Assembly: GCF_036365525.1 (NCBI RefSeq)
Contig: NC_090402.1
Coordinates: 45,361,215-45,425,214, forward strand
Length of the DNA: 64,000 bases
Source: Heterodontus francisci
Taxonomy: Eukaryota
Direction: 5' to 3'
The notes beneath the pieces are model-generated. The model did not search any database, was not told the DNA's origin, and was given only the letters and a program-made list of their open reading frames with translations. Shown piece by piece: positions 25,701 through 37,274 of the stretch; positions within the stretch are counted from its first letter, which is position 1; each line of letters begins with the position of its first letter. The translations under genes were made by a program, and so were the position numbers.

Positions 25701-26873
25701 AATGACCTTCCTTCAATCATAAGGTCAGAAGTGGGGATGTTCACGGATGATTGCACAATGTTCAGCACCATTCGTGACTCCTCAGATACTGAAGCAGTCC
25801 GTGTAGAAATGCAGCAAGACCTGGACAATATCCAGGCTTGGGCTGATAAATGGCAAGTAACATTCGCGCCACACAAGTGCCAGGCAATGACCATATCCAA
25901 CAAGAGAGAATCTAACCATCTCCCCTTGACATTCAACAGCATTACCATCACTGAATCCCCCACTATCAACATCCTCGGGGTTACCATTGACCAGAAACTG
26001 AACTGGAGTAGCCATATAAATACCGCGGCTACAAGAGCAGGTCAAAGGCTAGGAATCCTGAGGCAAGTAACTCACCTCCTGACTCCCCAAAGCCTGTCCA
26101 CCATCTACAAGGCACAAGTCAGGAGTGTGATGGAATACTCTCCACTTGCCTGGATGGGTGCAGCTCCAACAACACTCAAGAAGCTCGACACCATCCAGGA
26201 CAAAGCAGTCTGCTTGATTGGCACTCCATCTACAAACATTCACTCCCTCCACCACCGACACACAGTGGCAGCAGTGTGTACCATCTACAAGATGCACTGC
26301 AGCAATGCACCAAGGCTCCTTAGGCAGCACCTTCCAAACCCGCGACCTCCACCAACTAGAAGGACAAGGGCAGCAAATACATGGGAACACCACCACCTGC
26401 AAGTTCCCCTCCAAGTCACACACCATCCTGACTTAGAACTGTATCGCCGTTCCTTCACTGTCGCTGGGTCAAAATCCTGGAACTCCCTTCCTAACAGCAC
26501 TGTGGGTGTACCTACCCCACATGGATTGCAGCAGTTCAAGAAGGCAGCTCACCACCACTTTCTCAAGGGCAATTAGGGATGGGCAATAAATGCTGGCCTG
26601 GCCAGCATCGCCCACATACCATGAATGAATAAAAAAAAAGGTGAGTTACTTGCTGGAGAAATCCCAGCCTCTGGCCTGCTCTTGTAGCCACAGTATTTAT
26701 GTGGCTGGTCCAGTTCAGTCTCTGATCAATGGTAATTCTCCAGGATGTTGATGATCGGAGATTTGGCAGCGATAATGTCATTGAACATGAAGGAGAGATG
26801 ATTAGATTCTCTCTTGTTGGAGATGGTCGTTGTCTGGCACTTGTGTGGTGAGAATGCCAATTGTCACTATCAG
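22797..26873 (-). mobile_element. Older antisense copy of the tRNA-headed LINE family (pieces 22797-23349 and 26639-26873)
   Basis: Reverse complement matches 25840-26638; contiguous across the insertion site. Confidence 0.85.
23350..26638 (+). mobile_element. Full-length single-ORF LINE (CR1/Jockey group, EN+RT) with a tRNA-derived 5' head
   Basis: A box at about 23356 and B box GGTTCGAATCC at 23420-23430; EN (PDIVILMESYL, GDFN, SDH) and RT (QFGFRQG, LDIKAAFD, FTDD); poly-A tail; TSD aggt; a few stops and frameshifts. Confidence 0.9.
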
Positions 26874-26924
26874 CCCAACAGTTCATTGCTGCCAAAACAG
26901 CATATGTGATGCTTGCATGGAAGG

Positions 26925-27130
26925 AACAACAACTTATATTTTTATGGTGCTTTAACATAAGAAAACTTTCCAAATCACTTCAGAGGAGCATTATAAAATA
27001 AAATATTATACTGAGCCACATAAGAAGATATTAGGTCAGATGACCAAAAGCTTGGTCAATGAGGTAGGTTGTAAGGAATGTCTTAAATAAGGAAAGCAGA
27101 GAGGCAGAGAGGTGTAGGAGAGGAAGGCCT
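26925..27130 (-). repeat. L2-type 3' fragment interrupting the F-like gene
   Basis: Similar to 6540-6730. Confidence 0.65.
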
Positions 27131-28054
27131 GAAACATTGCTTTTAACGAATTTCAAGCAGCAATCACAAAGTATGTGATTAATGTAGTATGATTCAGGAA
27201 CATTAAGATCCATACAAACGTCTGCATCACCCAGGTCACAAATTGTCCCCAAGATGATGAAATTTGTAATGGCATCCTCATGAGGGGTTCGGGGTTTGAC
27301 CCACTACCATTTGGCATCTGCTTTCACTAATTGAAAATCACCTTGTTCTGCAGAGAAATGAATGGTATAAATTGGATGGGATGAAATCTTACAGAGGCTG
27401 TGTCACATATCATTAGGTGCTAAGGAATTACCAAGTGAAATACCACTCCATCTGCAGATATGATTCAGAGACACTTGCAGATAATTGAAGAAAAAACTGA
27501 CTCAGCTACAACCTGACGTGTATTTTTAACAGCCTGTATTTATCTTATGCAATGTTCTCATTATCTCTCTTTCGTGCTGCACTTCCATCAATTCAAGGGT
27601 AATGCTGGGTGAGTAATACTGTTTGTGAAATTAGTCACCAACGCCCACATTTTCCTTGGATTGCAAATGGCATCAATGTGAAATAAATATGTGCAACCTC
27701 CATTTATGGTTTTATGAGATCATTGCAAATCAAAGCAAGATATTGCTAATGTAAGACACTTGTTATTCACACCCATGTATAATGGTGTAACATACTTGGC
27801 AGCTTTCCTTTTCACATTCTTTGACACTATTAAATCAGACAGTTTCTTCCTCACATCTTCCATGTGTAGTGAGGGTGCAAACTCACATTGGCATGGGAAG
27901 TAATTGACTCCCATATCTGATAGATCCGCTGCTTATTTGTTGGATGATCTTTTCATTTGTAAACAGGATTAGTTTTCTTCTTCACACCATGAACTATAAT
28001 CCATGAGGCTTTACCCGTAAACCTGGCCTTCTGCATCTAGACCATCTCTATTTA

Positions 28055-28432
28055 GGTATCATCTGTGGCTCAGTCGGAACATTTTGAATCAGTAGGTTGT
28101 GGGTTCAAGTCCCACTCCAGACACTCGACTATAATATTAACACTAACTCTTCAGTGCAATACTGAGGGAGTGATGTGCACTGCCAGAGTTGCCATCTTTT
28201 AGATAAGACACTCAACCGAGGCCCTGCCTTTCCTCTCAGATGGATGTAACAGATCCCATGGCACTATTGTGAAGAAGAGCAGGTAAGTTCTCCCTGGTGT
28301 CCTGACCAATATTTATCCCTCCAGCAACATCACTAGAACAGATTACACCAGTGACTACCCTTCAAAAGTACTTGATGGGCTGTTGATGATGGGCGCTTTA
28401 GATGACCTGAGGTTACGCAAGGCACTATATAA
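28055..28432 (+). mobile_element. DeuSINE (SacSINE1/AmnSINE-like)
   Basis: tRNA head plus Deu domain (gatcccatggcactatt..gaagaagagcagg..gtgtcctg..caatatttatccctc). Confidence 0.8.
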
Positions 28433-28610
28433 ATGTTAGATAGGTTTTTGATAAACAAGGCAGTCAAGGGTTAGGGGGGGCAGACAAGAAAGTGGAGTTG
28501 AGACCACAACCGAATCAGTCATGATCTCATTGAATGGCAAAGCAGGCTCAAGAGGCTGAATGGCCTACTCCTGCTCCTAAGTTCTATGTTCCTATGTCCT
28601 ATGTTCCTAT
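28433..28610 (+). repeat. CR1 3' end
   Basis: gaatggcctactcctgctcct..(tatgttcc)n tail. Confidence 0.7.
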
Positions 28611-28763
28611 AAGTCTTCCTTTTCTATCATTGATCTTCAAAGGTGCTAATTTGACTCACTTTGTGCTCTTTGTAGCCTAATGTGCCAAATTGTTCTGGTT
28701 AAAGAGTATCTAAATGGCTGTGATGTGATTTGATGCTCTATTCTCTGTTACTATTGATGGATC

Positions 28764-31700
28764 CGGCCGAAACTGAAGAGCACAGCTGTTGATACTTTAA
28801 TCTCCGATCCTGCTGTCTTCACCGCCCAGAGTGTCTGCAGCCACGGCGTGCGGTAAGTCCATTGAGGTGAAGAAGGAGCAGCGGGACCCTAGAGAAGTCT
28901 TGAGAAAAGGTGCCCTGATCACCCAAAAAATCCACGAACGGCCCCCCGGCCGCAACTTCAAAGCGCCCGTGGGAGATGGCTCGGAGAGCATCTGCAGCGC
29001 ACTGTCGGAAATGCTGCATGCCTTTATTTAAACCACTGCAAAAAAAAAACCCTTAGCGAATGTAATCACCTCTGTAAGTCTGCCAACAGATGCTTCACCT
29101 CCCGAAGGACGTGGATGAGCTTTCCGGACGTCGATGGTGGGCACTGAGGAAATGGCTTATTACCTGCACCAGCTTTCCCCCCCCTCCCCCTTCCCCCCCC
29201 CCTTTACCCCCCCTTTCCCCCATTCCACCCCCCCCGTCCCCTTCCCTGCTCCACCCTCTCAGCTCACCCCCTCACAACCCCGTCCCAGCCCGCCCCCCCC
29301 TCGCACCATCTTCCCCCCGCACCCCCTTCCCCTGCACCCCCCCCACCCCCTTACATCCCCCTTCTCAGCTCCCCCTCGCACCCCCCTCCCTCTACCCCTC
29401 CCCCTTGCATCCCCTCCTCCCACCGGCACCATCCTACACTTGTGTAGGGGCCCCAACAACCCCACTGCCTTGTGGGCGTCTCGGGAGAGACCAAGGCTAA
29501 GGGGGTAAACCCTAACAGATAATCCGGAGCGGAACCCTGTAGGCGGTCATGTGTCACCTTTGGCATGTTTCCGGCAGTTCCTGCAGCCATACTGGTGCCA
29601 AACGTCATGCCCTGCACTCCTTTGGACCCCACCAGAAAGGCCGAGAGGGGGGTTTTGACGACTGGGCAACTCTCAACCTCCATAAATTTGCCCAGGCATG
29701 CGCCATGGAGAGGTCACTCCATAGTTGCCTCACAGCGACTGACACAACACGGAAGGCAGCAGTTACGGGTTATAAGTCCAGATAAATTGGCGTAGAAACT
29801 GGGCGCCACGGGTTGCCTTTGTCGGTGGGAGAGGTCATTGCACCTCACTGGACAGCTACCGCCCGCCTCAAACCGGGCAGCCCCCGGTCAATAAGGTTCT
29901 GTCCCGCCACAGTCTATCTGCTTCAATGGGTGCTTGGAGCTCAGGGTCATTGCCCGAAAGGTGGACTGATACACCGCACCAAACAACACGAAAAAAGGAA
30001 AGAAGGTACCAGCCCTTCGCTTTGCATGCTGGAATGTCAGAACTATGTGTCCTGGCCTGTCGGAAGACCTTACACAAATCAACGATTCTCGGAAGACTGC
30101 CATCATTAGCAATGAGCTCAGTAGACTCAATGCAGACATTGCAGCACTTCAGGAGACTCGCCTCCCCGCGAGTGGCTCTCTAGCAGAGCAAGACTACACC
30201 TTCTTCTGGCAGGGCAGGGATCCTGAAGAACCAAGACAGCATGGAGTGGGCTTCGCCATCAGAAACTCCTTGCTCAGCATGATAGAGCCACCCTCAAATG
30301 GCTCGGAACGCATACTGTCCAACCGACTGCTCACCACCTCTGGTCCAGTACACCTACTCAGCATCTATGCTCCAACACTCTGCTCCCCACCTGAAGCTAA
30401 AGACCAGTTCTACGAGCAACTCCATAACATCATTAGCAGCATCCCCAACACCGAACACCTATTCCTGCTGGGGGACTTTAATGCCAGGGTTGGGGCCGAC
30501 CATGACTCATGGCCCTCCTGCCTTGGGCGCTATGGCGTTGGAAGGATGAATGAGAATGGGCAGAGACTGCTTGAGTTGTGTACCTATCATAACCTCTGCA
30601 TCACCAACTCGTTCTTTCACATTAAACCCTGTGACCAGGTTTCATGGAGGCACCCAAGATCGCGTCGTTGGCACCAGCTAGACCTCATTGTCACAAGGCG
30701 AGCCTCCTTAAACAGTGTTCAAATCACACGCAGCTTCCACAGTGCGGACTGCGACACCGACCACTCCCTGGTGTGCAGCAAGGTTAGACTCAGACCAAAG
30801 AAGTTGCATCATTCCAAGCAGAAGGGCCACCCGCACATCAACACGAGCAGAATTTCTCACCCACAGCTGTTACAAAAATTTCTAAATTCACTTGTAACAG
30901 CCCTTCAAAACATTCCCACAGGGGATGCTGAGACCAAGTGGGCCCACATCAGAGACGCCATCTATGAGTCAGCTTTGACCACCTACGGCAAAAGTGCGAA
31001 GAGAAATGCAGACTGGTTTCAATCTCATAATGAAGAGCTGGAACCTGTCATAGCCGCTAAGCGCATTGCACTGTTGAACTACAAGAAAGCCCCCAGCGAT
31101 TTAACATCCGCAGCACTTAAAGCAGCCAGAAGCACTGCACAAAGAACAGCCAGGCGCTGCGCAAACGACTACTGGCAACACCTATGCAGTCATATTCAGC
31201 TGGCCTCAGACACCGGAAACATCAGAGGAATGTATGATGGCATGAAGAGAGCTCTTGGGCCAACCATCAAGAAGATCGCCCCCCTCAAATCTAAATCAGG
31301 GGTCATAATCACTGACCAACACAAACAAATGGACCGCTGGGTTGAGCACTACCTAGAACTGTACTCCAGGGAGAATGCTGTCACTGAGACTGCCCTCAAT
31401 GCAGCCCAGCCTCGACCAGTCATGGATGAGCTGGACATACAGCCAACCAAATCGGAACTCAGTGATGCCATTGATTCTCTAGCCAGCGGAAAAGCCCTTG
31501 GGAAGGACAGCATTACCCCTGAAATAATCAAGAGTGCCAAGCCTGCTATACTCTCAGCACTACAAGAACTGCTATGCCTGTGCTGGGACGAGGGAGCAGT
31601 ACCCCAGGACATGCGCGATGCCAATATCATCACCCCATATAAAAACAAAGGTGACTGCGGTGACTGCAACAACTACCGTGGAATCTCCCTGCTCAGCATA

Positions 31701-33243
31701 GTGGGGAAAGTCTTTGCTCGAGTCGCTCTGAACAGGCTCCAGAAGCTGGCCGAGCGCGTCTACCCTGAGGCACAGTGTGGCTTTTGTGCAGAGAGATCGA
31801 CCGTTGACATGCTGTTCTCCCTTCGTCAGATACAGGAGAAATGCCGTGAACAACAGATGCCCCTCTACATTGCTTTCATTGATCTCACCAAAGCCTTTGA
31901 CCTCGTCAGTAGACGTGGTCTCTTCAGACTACTAGAAAAGATTGGATGCCCACCAAAGCTACTAAGTATCATCACCTCATTCCATGACAATATGAAAGGC
32001 ACAATTCAACATGGTGGCTCCTCATCAGAGCCCTTTCCTATCCTGAGTGGTGTGAAACAGGACTGTGTTCTCGCACCCACACTTTTTGGGATTTTCTTCT
32101 CCCTGCTGCTTTCACATGCGTTCAAGTCCTCTGAAGAAGGAATTTTCCTCCACACAAGATCAGGGGGCAGGTTGTTCAACCTTGCCCGTCTAAGAGCGAA
32201 TTCCAAAGTACGGAAAGTCCTCATCAGGGAACTCCTCTTTGTTGACGATGCTGCTTTAACATCTCACACTGAAGAGTGCCTGCAGAGTCTCATCGACAGG
32301 TTTGCGGCTGCCTGCAATGAATTTGGCCTAAACATCAGCCTCAAGAAAACGAACATCATGGGGCAGGACATCAGAAATACTCCATCCATCAATATTGGCG
32401 ACCACGCTCTGGAAGTGGTTCAAGAGTTCACCTACCTAGGCTCAACTATCACCAGTAACCTGTCTCTAGATGCAGAAATCAACAAGCGCATGGGTAAGGC
32501 TTCCACTGCTATGTCCAGACTGGCGAAGAGAGTGTGGGAAAATGGCGCACTGACACGGAACACAAAGGTCCGAGTGTATCAGGCCTGTGTCCTCAGTACC
32601 TTGCTCGATGGCAGCGAGGCCTGGACAACGTATGCCAGCCAAGAGCGACGTCTCAATTCATTCCATCTTCGCTGCCTCTGGAGAATACTTGGCATCAGGT
32701 GGCAGGGCCGTCTCTCCAACACAGAAGTCCTCGAAGCGGCTAACATCCCCAGCTTGTACACACTACTGAGTCAGTGGCACTTGAGATGGCTTGGCCATGT
32801 GAGCCGCATGGAAGATGGCTGGATCCCCAAGGACACATTGTACAGCGAGCTCGCCACTGGTATCAGACCCACCGGCCGTCCATGTCTCCGCTATAAAGAC
32901 ATCTGCCAACGCGACATGAAATCCTGTGACATTGATCACAAGTCGTGGGAGTCAGTTGCCAGCGTTCGCCAGAGCTGGCGGGCAGCCATAAAGGCGGGGC
33001 TGAATTGTGGCGAGTCGAAGAGACTTAGTAGTTGGCAGGAAAAAAGACAGAGGCGCAAGGGGAGAGCCAACTGTGCAACAGCACCGACAAACAAATTTCT
33101 CTGCAGCACCTGTGGAAGAGCCTGTCACTCTAGAATTGGCCTTTATAGCCACTCCAGGCGCTGCTTCACAAACCACTGAACACCTCCAGGCGCGTATCCA
33201 TTGTCTCTCGAGATAAGGAGGCCCAAAAGAAAAGAAGAAAAGA
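28764..33243 (+). mobile_element. Full-length RTE-clade LINE
   Basis: 11-bp TSD attgatggatc (28753-28763 / 33244-33254); ~1.2-kb 5' region with a C-rich tract; (aaga)-type tail. Confidence 0.93.
30045..33179 (+). CDS. RTE ORF: APE endonuclease + reverse transcriptase + C2H2 finger (1044 aa, frame open from about 29970)
   Basis: WNVRTM, ALQETR, GDFNA, TDH, YRGISLL, FIDLTKAFD, GVKQDCVLAP, LLFVDD, CSTC..H..C; uninterrupted. Confidence 0.93.
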   Translation: MCPGLSEDLTQINDSRKTAIISNELSRLNADIAALQETRLPASGSLAEQDYTFFWQGRDPEEPRQHGVGFAIRNSLLSMIEPPSNGSERILSNRLLTTSGPVHLLSIYAPTLCSPPEAKDQFYEQLHNIISSIPNTEHLFLLGDFNARVGADHDSWPSCLGRYGVGRMNENGQRLLELCTYHNLCITNSFFHIKPCDQVSWRHPRSRRWHQLDLIVTRRASLNSVQITRSFHSADCDTDHSLVCSKVRLRPKKLHHSKQKGHPHINTSRISHPQLLQKFLNSLVTALQNIPTGDAETKWAHIRDAIYESALTTYGKSAKRNADWFQSHNEELEPVIAAKRIALLNYKKAPSDLTSAALKAARSTAQRTARRCANDYWQHLCSHIQLASDTGNIRGMYDGMKRALGPTIKKIAPLKSKSGVIITDQHKQMDRWVEHYLELYSRENAVTETALNAAQPRPVMDELDIQPTKSELSDAIDSLASGKALGKDSITPEIIKSAKPAILSALQELLCLCWDEGAVPQDMRDANIITPYKNKGDCGDCNNYRGISLLSIVGKVFARVALNRLQKLAERVYPEAQCGFCAERSTVDMLFSLRQIQEKCREQQMPLYIAFIDLTKAFDLVSRRGLFRLLEKIGCPPKLLSIITSFHDNMKGTIQHGGSSSEPFPILSGVKQDCVLAPTLFGIFFSLLLSHAFKSSEEGIFLHTRSGGRLFNLARLRANSKVRKVLIRELLFVDDAALTSHTEECLQSLIDRFAAACNEFGLNISLKKTNIMGQDIRNTPSINIGDHALEVVQEFTYLGSTITSNLSLDAEINKRMGKASTAMSRLAKRVWENGALTRNTKVRVYQACVLSTLLDGSEAWTTYASQERRLNSFHLRCLWRILGIRWQGRLSNTEVLEAANIPSLYTLLSQWHLRWLGHVSRMEDGWIPKDTLYSELATGIRPTGRPCLRYKDICQRDMKSCDIDHKSWESVASVRQSWRAAIKAGLNCGESKRLSSWQEKRQRRKGRANCATAPTNKFLCSTCGRACHSRIGLYSHSRRCFTNH

Positions 33244-33322
33244 ATTGATGGATCAAGCCTCAGTAAGAACACATTGAGTCAAGTTGCATGGAAATGACAG
33301 TGCACTTAAAATAAACTGGCAA

Positions 33323-34040
33323 TTAATTCTCATTTAATGCACTCTCATCATGCTTAAGAGTAAACTTAGGTTCGAGGAGACTCTCCCTCATGACTTGATT
33401 TCCCTTAGCAGCAACAATGGGCTGAACTTTTGCTACGGAGGCGGAAAACAGGAGCCGGGTCTGTTTTTGGGTCAGCATCCACCGTCTGGTGGGAAACTGA
33501 TCACAGTTCAGATTTTCATGGGGGTGAGTCCTTGATTGATATGGAGATGGGTTTCTTGTCCACTTGAAGCCAGTGAGGGTGGGAATGGTATAATTCAACA
33601 TGCTTTTACATTTTAATGTACAATCACTTTTTACTCATGTAACGGTTCCTTTATTTCTTTTGTATTAATGAATGTAGACCGGTTGTGGTAAAGTCCTGTG
33701 TGTGTCTCATGGTGGCAGCATGGAGCATCAAAGCACAACCAAAGACATCTAATCAACTGCATTGTGGGCCTGAAGGTGCCAGGCAAGATGGTCAATTTGG
33801 TCAGGACAGAGCCTTGCCAGAATCTCCGGCTCGCAGGGCTGCTAAGAACCAATATTATAGTGAGTATGTACTATTGTTTAGTGGTATAATAAAGTTGTAC
33901 CACATCTAGTTCAACAGTATCCAAGTTGTTATGTGCCATTGATACCCAGAGCAAAGGCTAGAACCTTTAGACCAGAGAGAGAGTCTTACATGGAAGTGGA
34001 TCAGATGAAGACTGAGAGTCAGTTAGACATCCCATGGCAT
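33323..34040 (-). pseudogene. Endogenous viral element: pneumovirus M-like matrix protein
   Basis: LWVSM, TKQ, LPGTF, APC, EPLHE, IPT, QPIV..GNQVMRESL, KFTLK match RSV M IWVPM, VKQ, MPSKF, TPC, NPTHD, IPT, QFIVDLGAYLEKESI, RFAIK with near-identical spacing; ~235 codons vs 256 aa. Confidence 0.75.
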
Positions 34041-36104
34041 CCATCACTGAGGCTGTCGGTTATCCTGAGGGAGAAATCTGCAGGTTGTGCCAAGGCCTTC
34101 CACTGCACCCCAGGGAAGCGAAATGTCACAAAGGAGCTAGAGGCCTGGCACTAGGGGCAGGGCAGACCCTTGCTTCAACGATGCTGACCTGGATTGAACG
34201 CTGAAGGCCATGAGGGAGATGAGGAAGGTCCTCTACCTTCGGGAGCTGAGAGAAGTCAGACCTGCGAGGAAGCATCTAGAATTTGAAGAGAATAAATACA
34301 GCGGCAGGTTCAGGGCCTTCACTTTCCTTCAGGAGCTGAGAGGAATCGGACCTGTGAGGAAGCACCTAGACAACTTCATGAGTCAGCGCACGCTGACTGA
34401 GTTTGAAAAAAATTAGTTGGTGAGTAACAGCTGTTAGGGAGTATTTGTAAATAGCTAGGTTAGTACACTGCTGTTATGGTGTGTGTATTAATAGTGTTAA
34501 TTACTGGAAACTAGAAAAACATAAAATAAAAATTTATGCAGCTACCTAATAATTAATTATAATTAATTAAGACAGGCAAGCAGAAGGGAAGTAAGCTGGT
34601 GGGTCGATTGTTCTGTTTTATTTTAAGTGGTAAGGTTTATCGGATTACCAAGGTTTAAATTAGAGCAGTTAGTGCTGGTGAGGAGAGGCATTAATTAAAA
34701 CATTAATTAAGTAATTAATTGATTACTTATTTAGAACACAAAAAGAATGACTGGGCAGGTGATGTGTTGCAGCTGCAGTATGTGGGAGCTCGTGGACACC
34801 AGTGTGATTCCACAGCAACCATGTCTGCAGTAAGTGTCTACAGTTCGAGGAGATTCGGCTCAGAGTCAGTGAGATGGAGGCCAAGCTACAGACACTGCGA
34901 TGCATCAGGGAGGGGGAAAGTTACCTGGACACTGTGTTCCAGAAAGCAGTCACACCACTTAAGATGGGGTCTTCTGATTTGGTCAGCAGTCAGGGACAGG
35001 AAGATGTGACTGCAAGGGAGGCAAGTAAGAGGATCGAGAAGGCAGAAAGTGGAGGAGGCTCAGCCCTTGCAATTGTCCAACAGGTTTGAGGTTCTTTCTG
35101 CTTGTCTGGATGAGAGCGGGGGCTGCAGGGTGGATGAGCAAACTGACCATGCCACCATTGTACAGGAGCCATTCAAGAGGGGGAAGTAAATAGGAATGTA
35201 ATGGTAGTAGGGGACAGTATAGTCAGGAGGATAGACACCATTCTCTGCAGCCAAGAGCGAAAGTCCAGAAGGTGTTTCCTGCCCAGTGTCAGGGTTCAGG
35301 ACATCTGCTGAGAGCTGGAGAGGAACTTGCAGTGGGAAGGGGAGGATCCAGATGTCGTGGTCCACAAAGGTATCAACGACATAGGTCAGAGTATGTAAGA
35401 GGTTCTGGGGAGTATGTACTAGGGAGTATGAGCAGCTAGGTGCTAAATTAAAAAGCAGAATCTCAAAGGTATTAATCTCGGGATTATTACCTGAGCCATG
35501 AGTAAATTGGAGTAGGGTACATAAGATTAGAGAATTAAATGTGTGACTCAAAGATTGGTGTGGGAGTAATGGGACACTGGCACCAGTACTGGGGAAAGTG
35601 GGAACTGTATGTTGGGGCAGTCTACACCTGAACCATGCTGGGACCAGTGTTCTGGTGAGTCGTATAGCTAGGGCAGCAGAGAGGGCTTTAGACTAAATAG
35701 TGGGGGTGAGGGATCAAGTGAAATAAGATACGATAAATTAAAGAGAGAGGACAAGGCAAAAGAGCAAGGTAGCAATAAGGGAAATAATAATCAGGGCATG
35801 GCAGGAAGGGACAGAATGTACAAAATCAAGAGTGTGCAATCAGCCAAGGCTAGAGGTTGTGTAAATAGTAAAAGCACAGAACTAAAGGCTTTGTATTTGA
35901 ATATGTGTAGCATTCGTAACATAACAAATAAATTGACAGCTCGAATAGAAATAAATATGTATGATCTGATAGCCATTACAGAGACATGGCTGCAAGATGA
36001 CAAAGGCTGGGAGCTGAATATTCAAGAGTAAACTCTGTTAATTAAGGATGACATTGGAACCATGGAGAGAGAGAGGTGACCTTAGTTCTAAAAATCAAAA
36101 TGTA

Positions 36105-37274
36105 GGGCTGAATTTTACAGCCCCCACCCCCCGACATCGGAGGTCGTGGTGGGGGAAGGGGGGCTGTAACATGCCGCCGGCAGAGGCCCACCACGGGCCA
36201 CGATGCCAAGAAGGCGCAACCCGATTTTGCCAGTAGTGACGAGGCCTTGTGGCAGCAACCCCCACCCCCCGCTCCACCTCCCGCCGCTCGACGATGGGAG
36301 CAAAATTTACAGATTTAAATAAATGCATTAATTATACTCTTGCCTCCGCCTTCAGTCCTGCTATGATATTTTATTTTATTTTATTTATTTAGAGATACAG
36401 CACTGAACAGGCCCTTCGGCCCACCGAGTCTGGGCCGACCATCAACCACCCATTTATACTAATCCTACATTAATCCCATATTCCTAACACATCCCCCCCT
36501 TCCCTCAATTTCCCTACCACCTACCTATACTAGGGGCAATTTTATAATGGCCAATTTACCTATCAACCTGCAAGTCTTTGGCGGTGGGAGGAAACCGGAG
36601 CACCCGGAGAAAACCCACGCGGTCACAGGGAGAACTTGCAAACTCCGCACAGGCAGTACCCAGAATTGAACCCGGGTCACTGGAGCTGTGAGGCTGCGGT
36701 GCTGACCACTGTGCCACTGTGCTGCCCTATTGATGCCAGTGGCAGGCACTCCCGCACCTTTGGGTCCCCGTCCGGGGATCCGAGTGGAACACTGGTGGGG
36801 AGGGGGAGCAGGTAGGTTTTTCAGTGTGGGGGAGCAGGTAGCGGGGTCAAACTAATCTCTTTTGTTTAGGGGATGATGGGAAGGGTTAGAGTTTAAAGTT
36901 TATATACTTGGGGGGTGGGGGGGGGGGAAGGTCAGGTGGACAAGGAAAGTGTTTTGGGCAGAAGAGGGCAAGAAATTAATTGTATGTTTATTGGGGGGTA
37001 GGAGAGGGGTAAATTAAATGTTTTTAAAAATTTTGTAACATCTCTCTTTAAAAATTTAAATTAAATGGAAGGACTCGAAGCCCTTTATAAATGGCATCAG
37101 CGCATGCACAATGGCTGCTGACACCGTTGCCAGGGATAGACATCATTTTGGGGGGCAGTCCACCCCGACCATTTAAATGAGCCTCAGTGTTTAATACTGC
37201 GGTGGCTCCATGATGTACAGTTCGCACGGGTGTTTACATCGGCGGCAGAAATGTTAACTGCAGCCCGTAAAATC
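36105..37274 (+). mobile_element. Harbinger-type MITE inside CR1 ORF2
   Basis: Left TIR gggctgaattttac, eroded right TIR cgtaaaatc; related to 11310-12028. Confidence 0.7.
36371..36727 (-). mobile_element. HE1-type V-SINE inside the MITE
   Basis: Reverse complement highly similar to 16551-16912. Confidence 0.88.

Larger units (their letters stand above)
22661..28050 (-). pseudogene. Endogenous viral element: pneumovirus F-like fusion glycoprotein in three pieces (27133-28050, 26874-26922, 22661-22797)
   Basis: Collinear motifs vs HMPV/RSV F: C..PSL; KRKAAK/YVTPLYMGV; KTINGGC; RKMWALVTNF; PSITLELM (HMPV PAISLDLM); RQVVAESVFS; VFHLVIP..DT..CKISSHP; LVKADAKW; TICD; DC..ASITYAVLAAMNCW; IFTKGKKI. 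Confidence 0.72.

Noticed and set aside
29090-29508. Proline-rich ORFs
   Set aside because: Artefact of the C-rich tract inside the RTE 5' region
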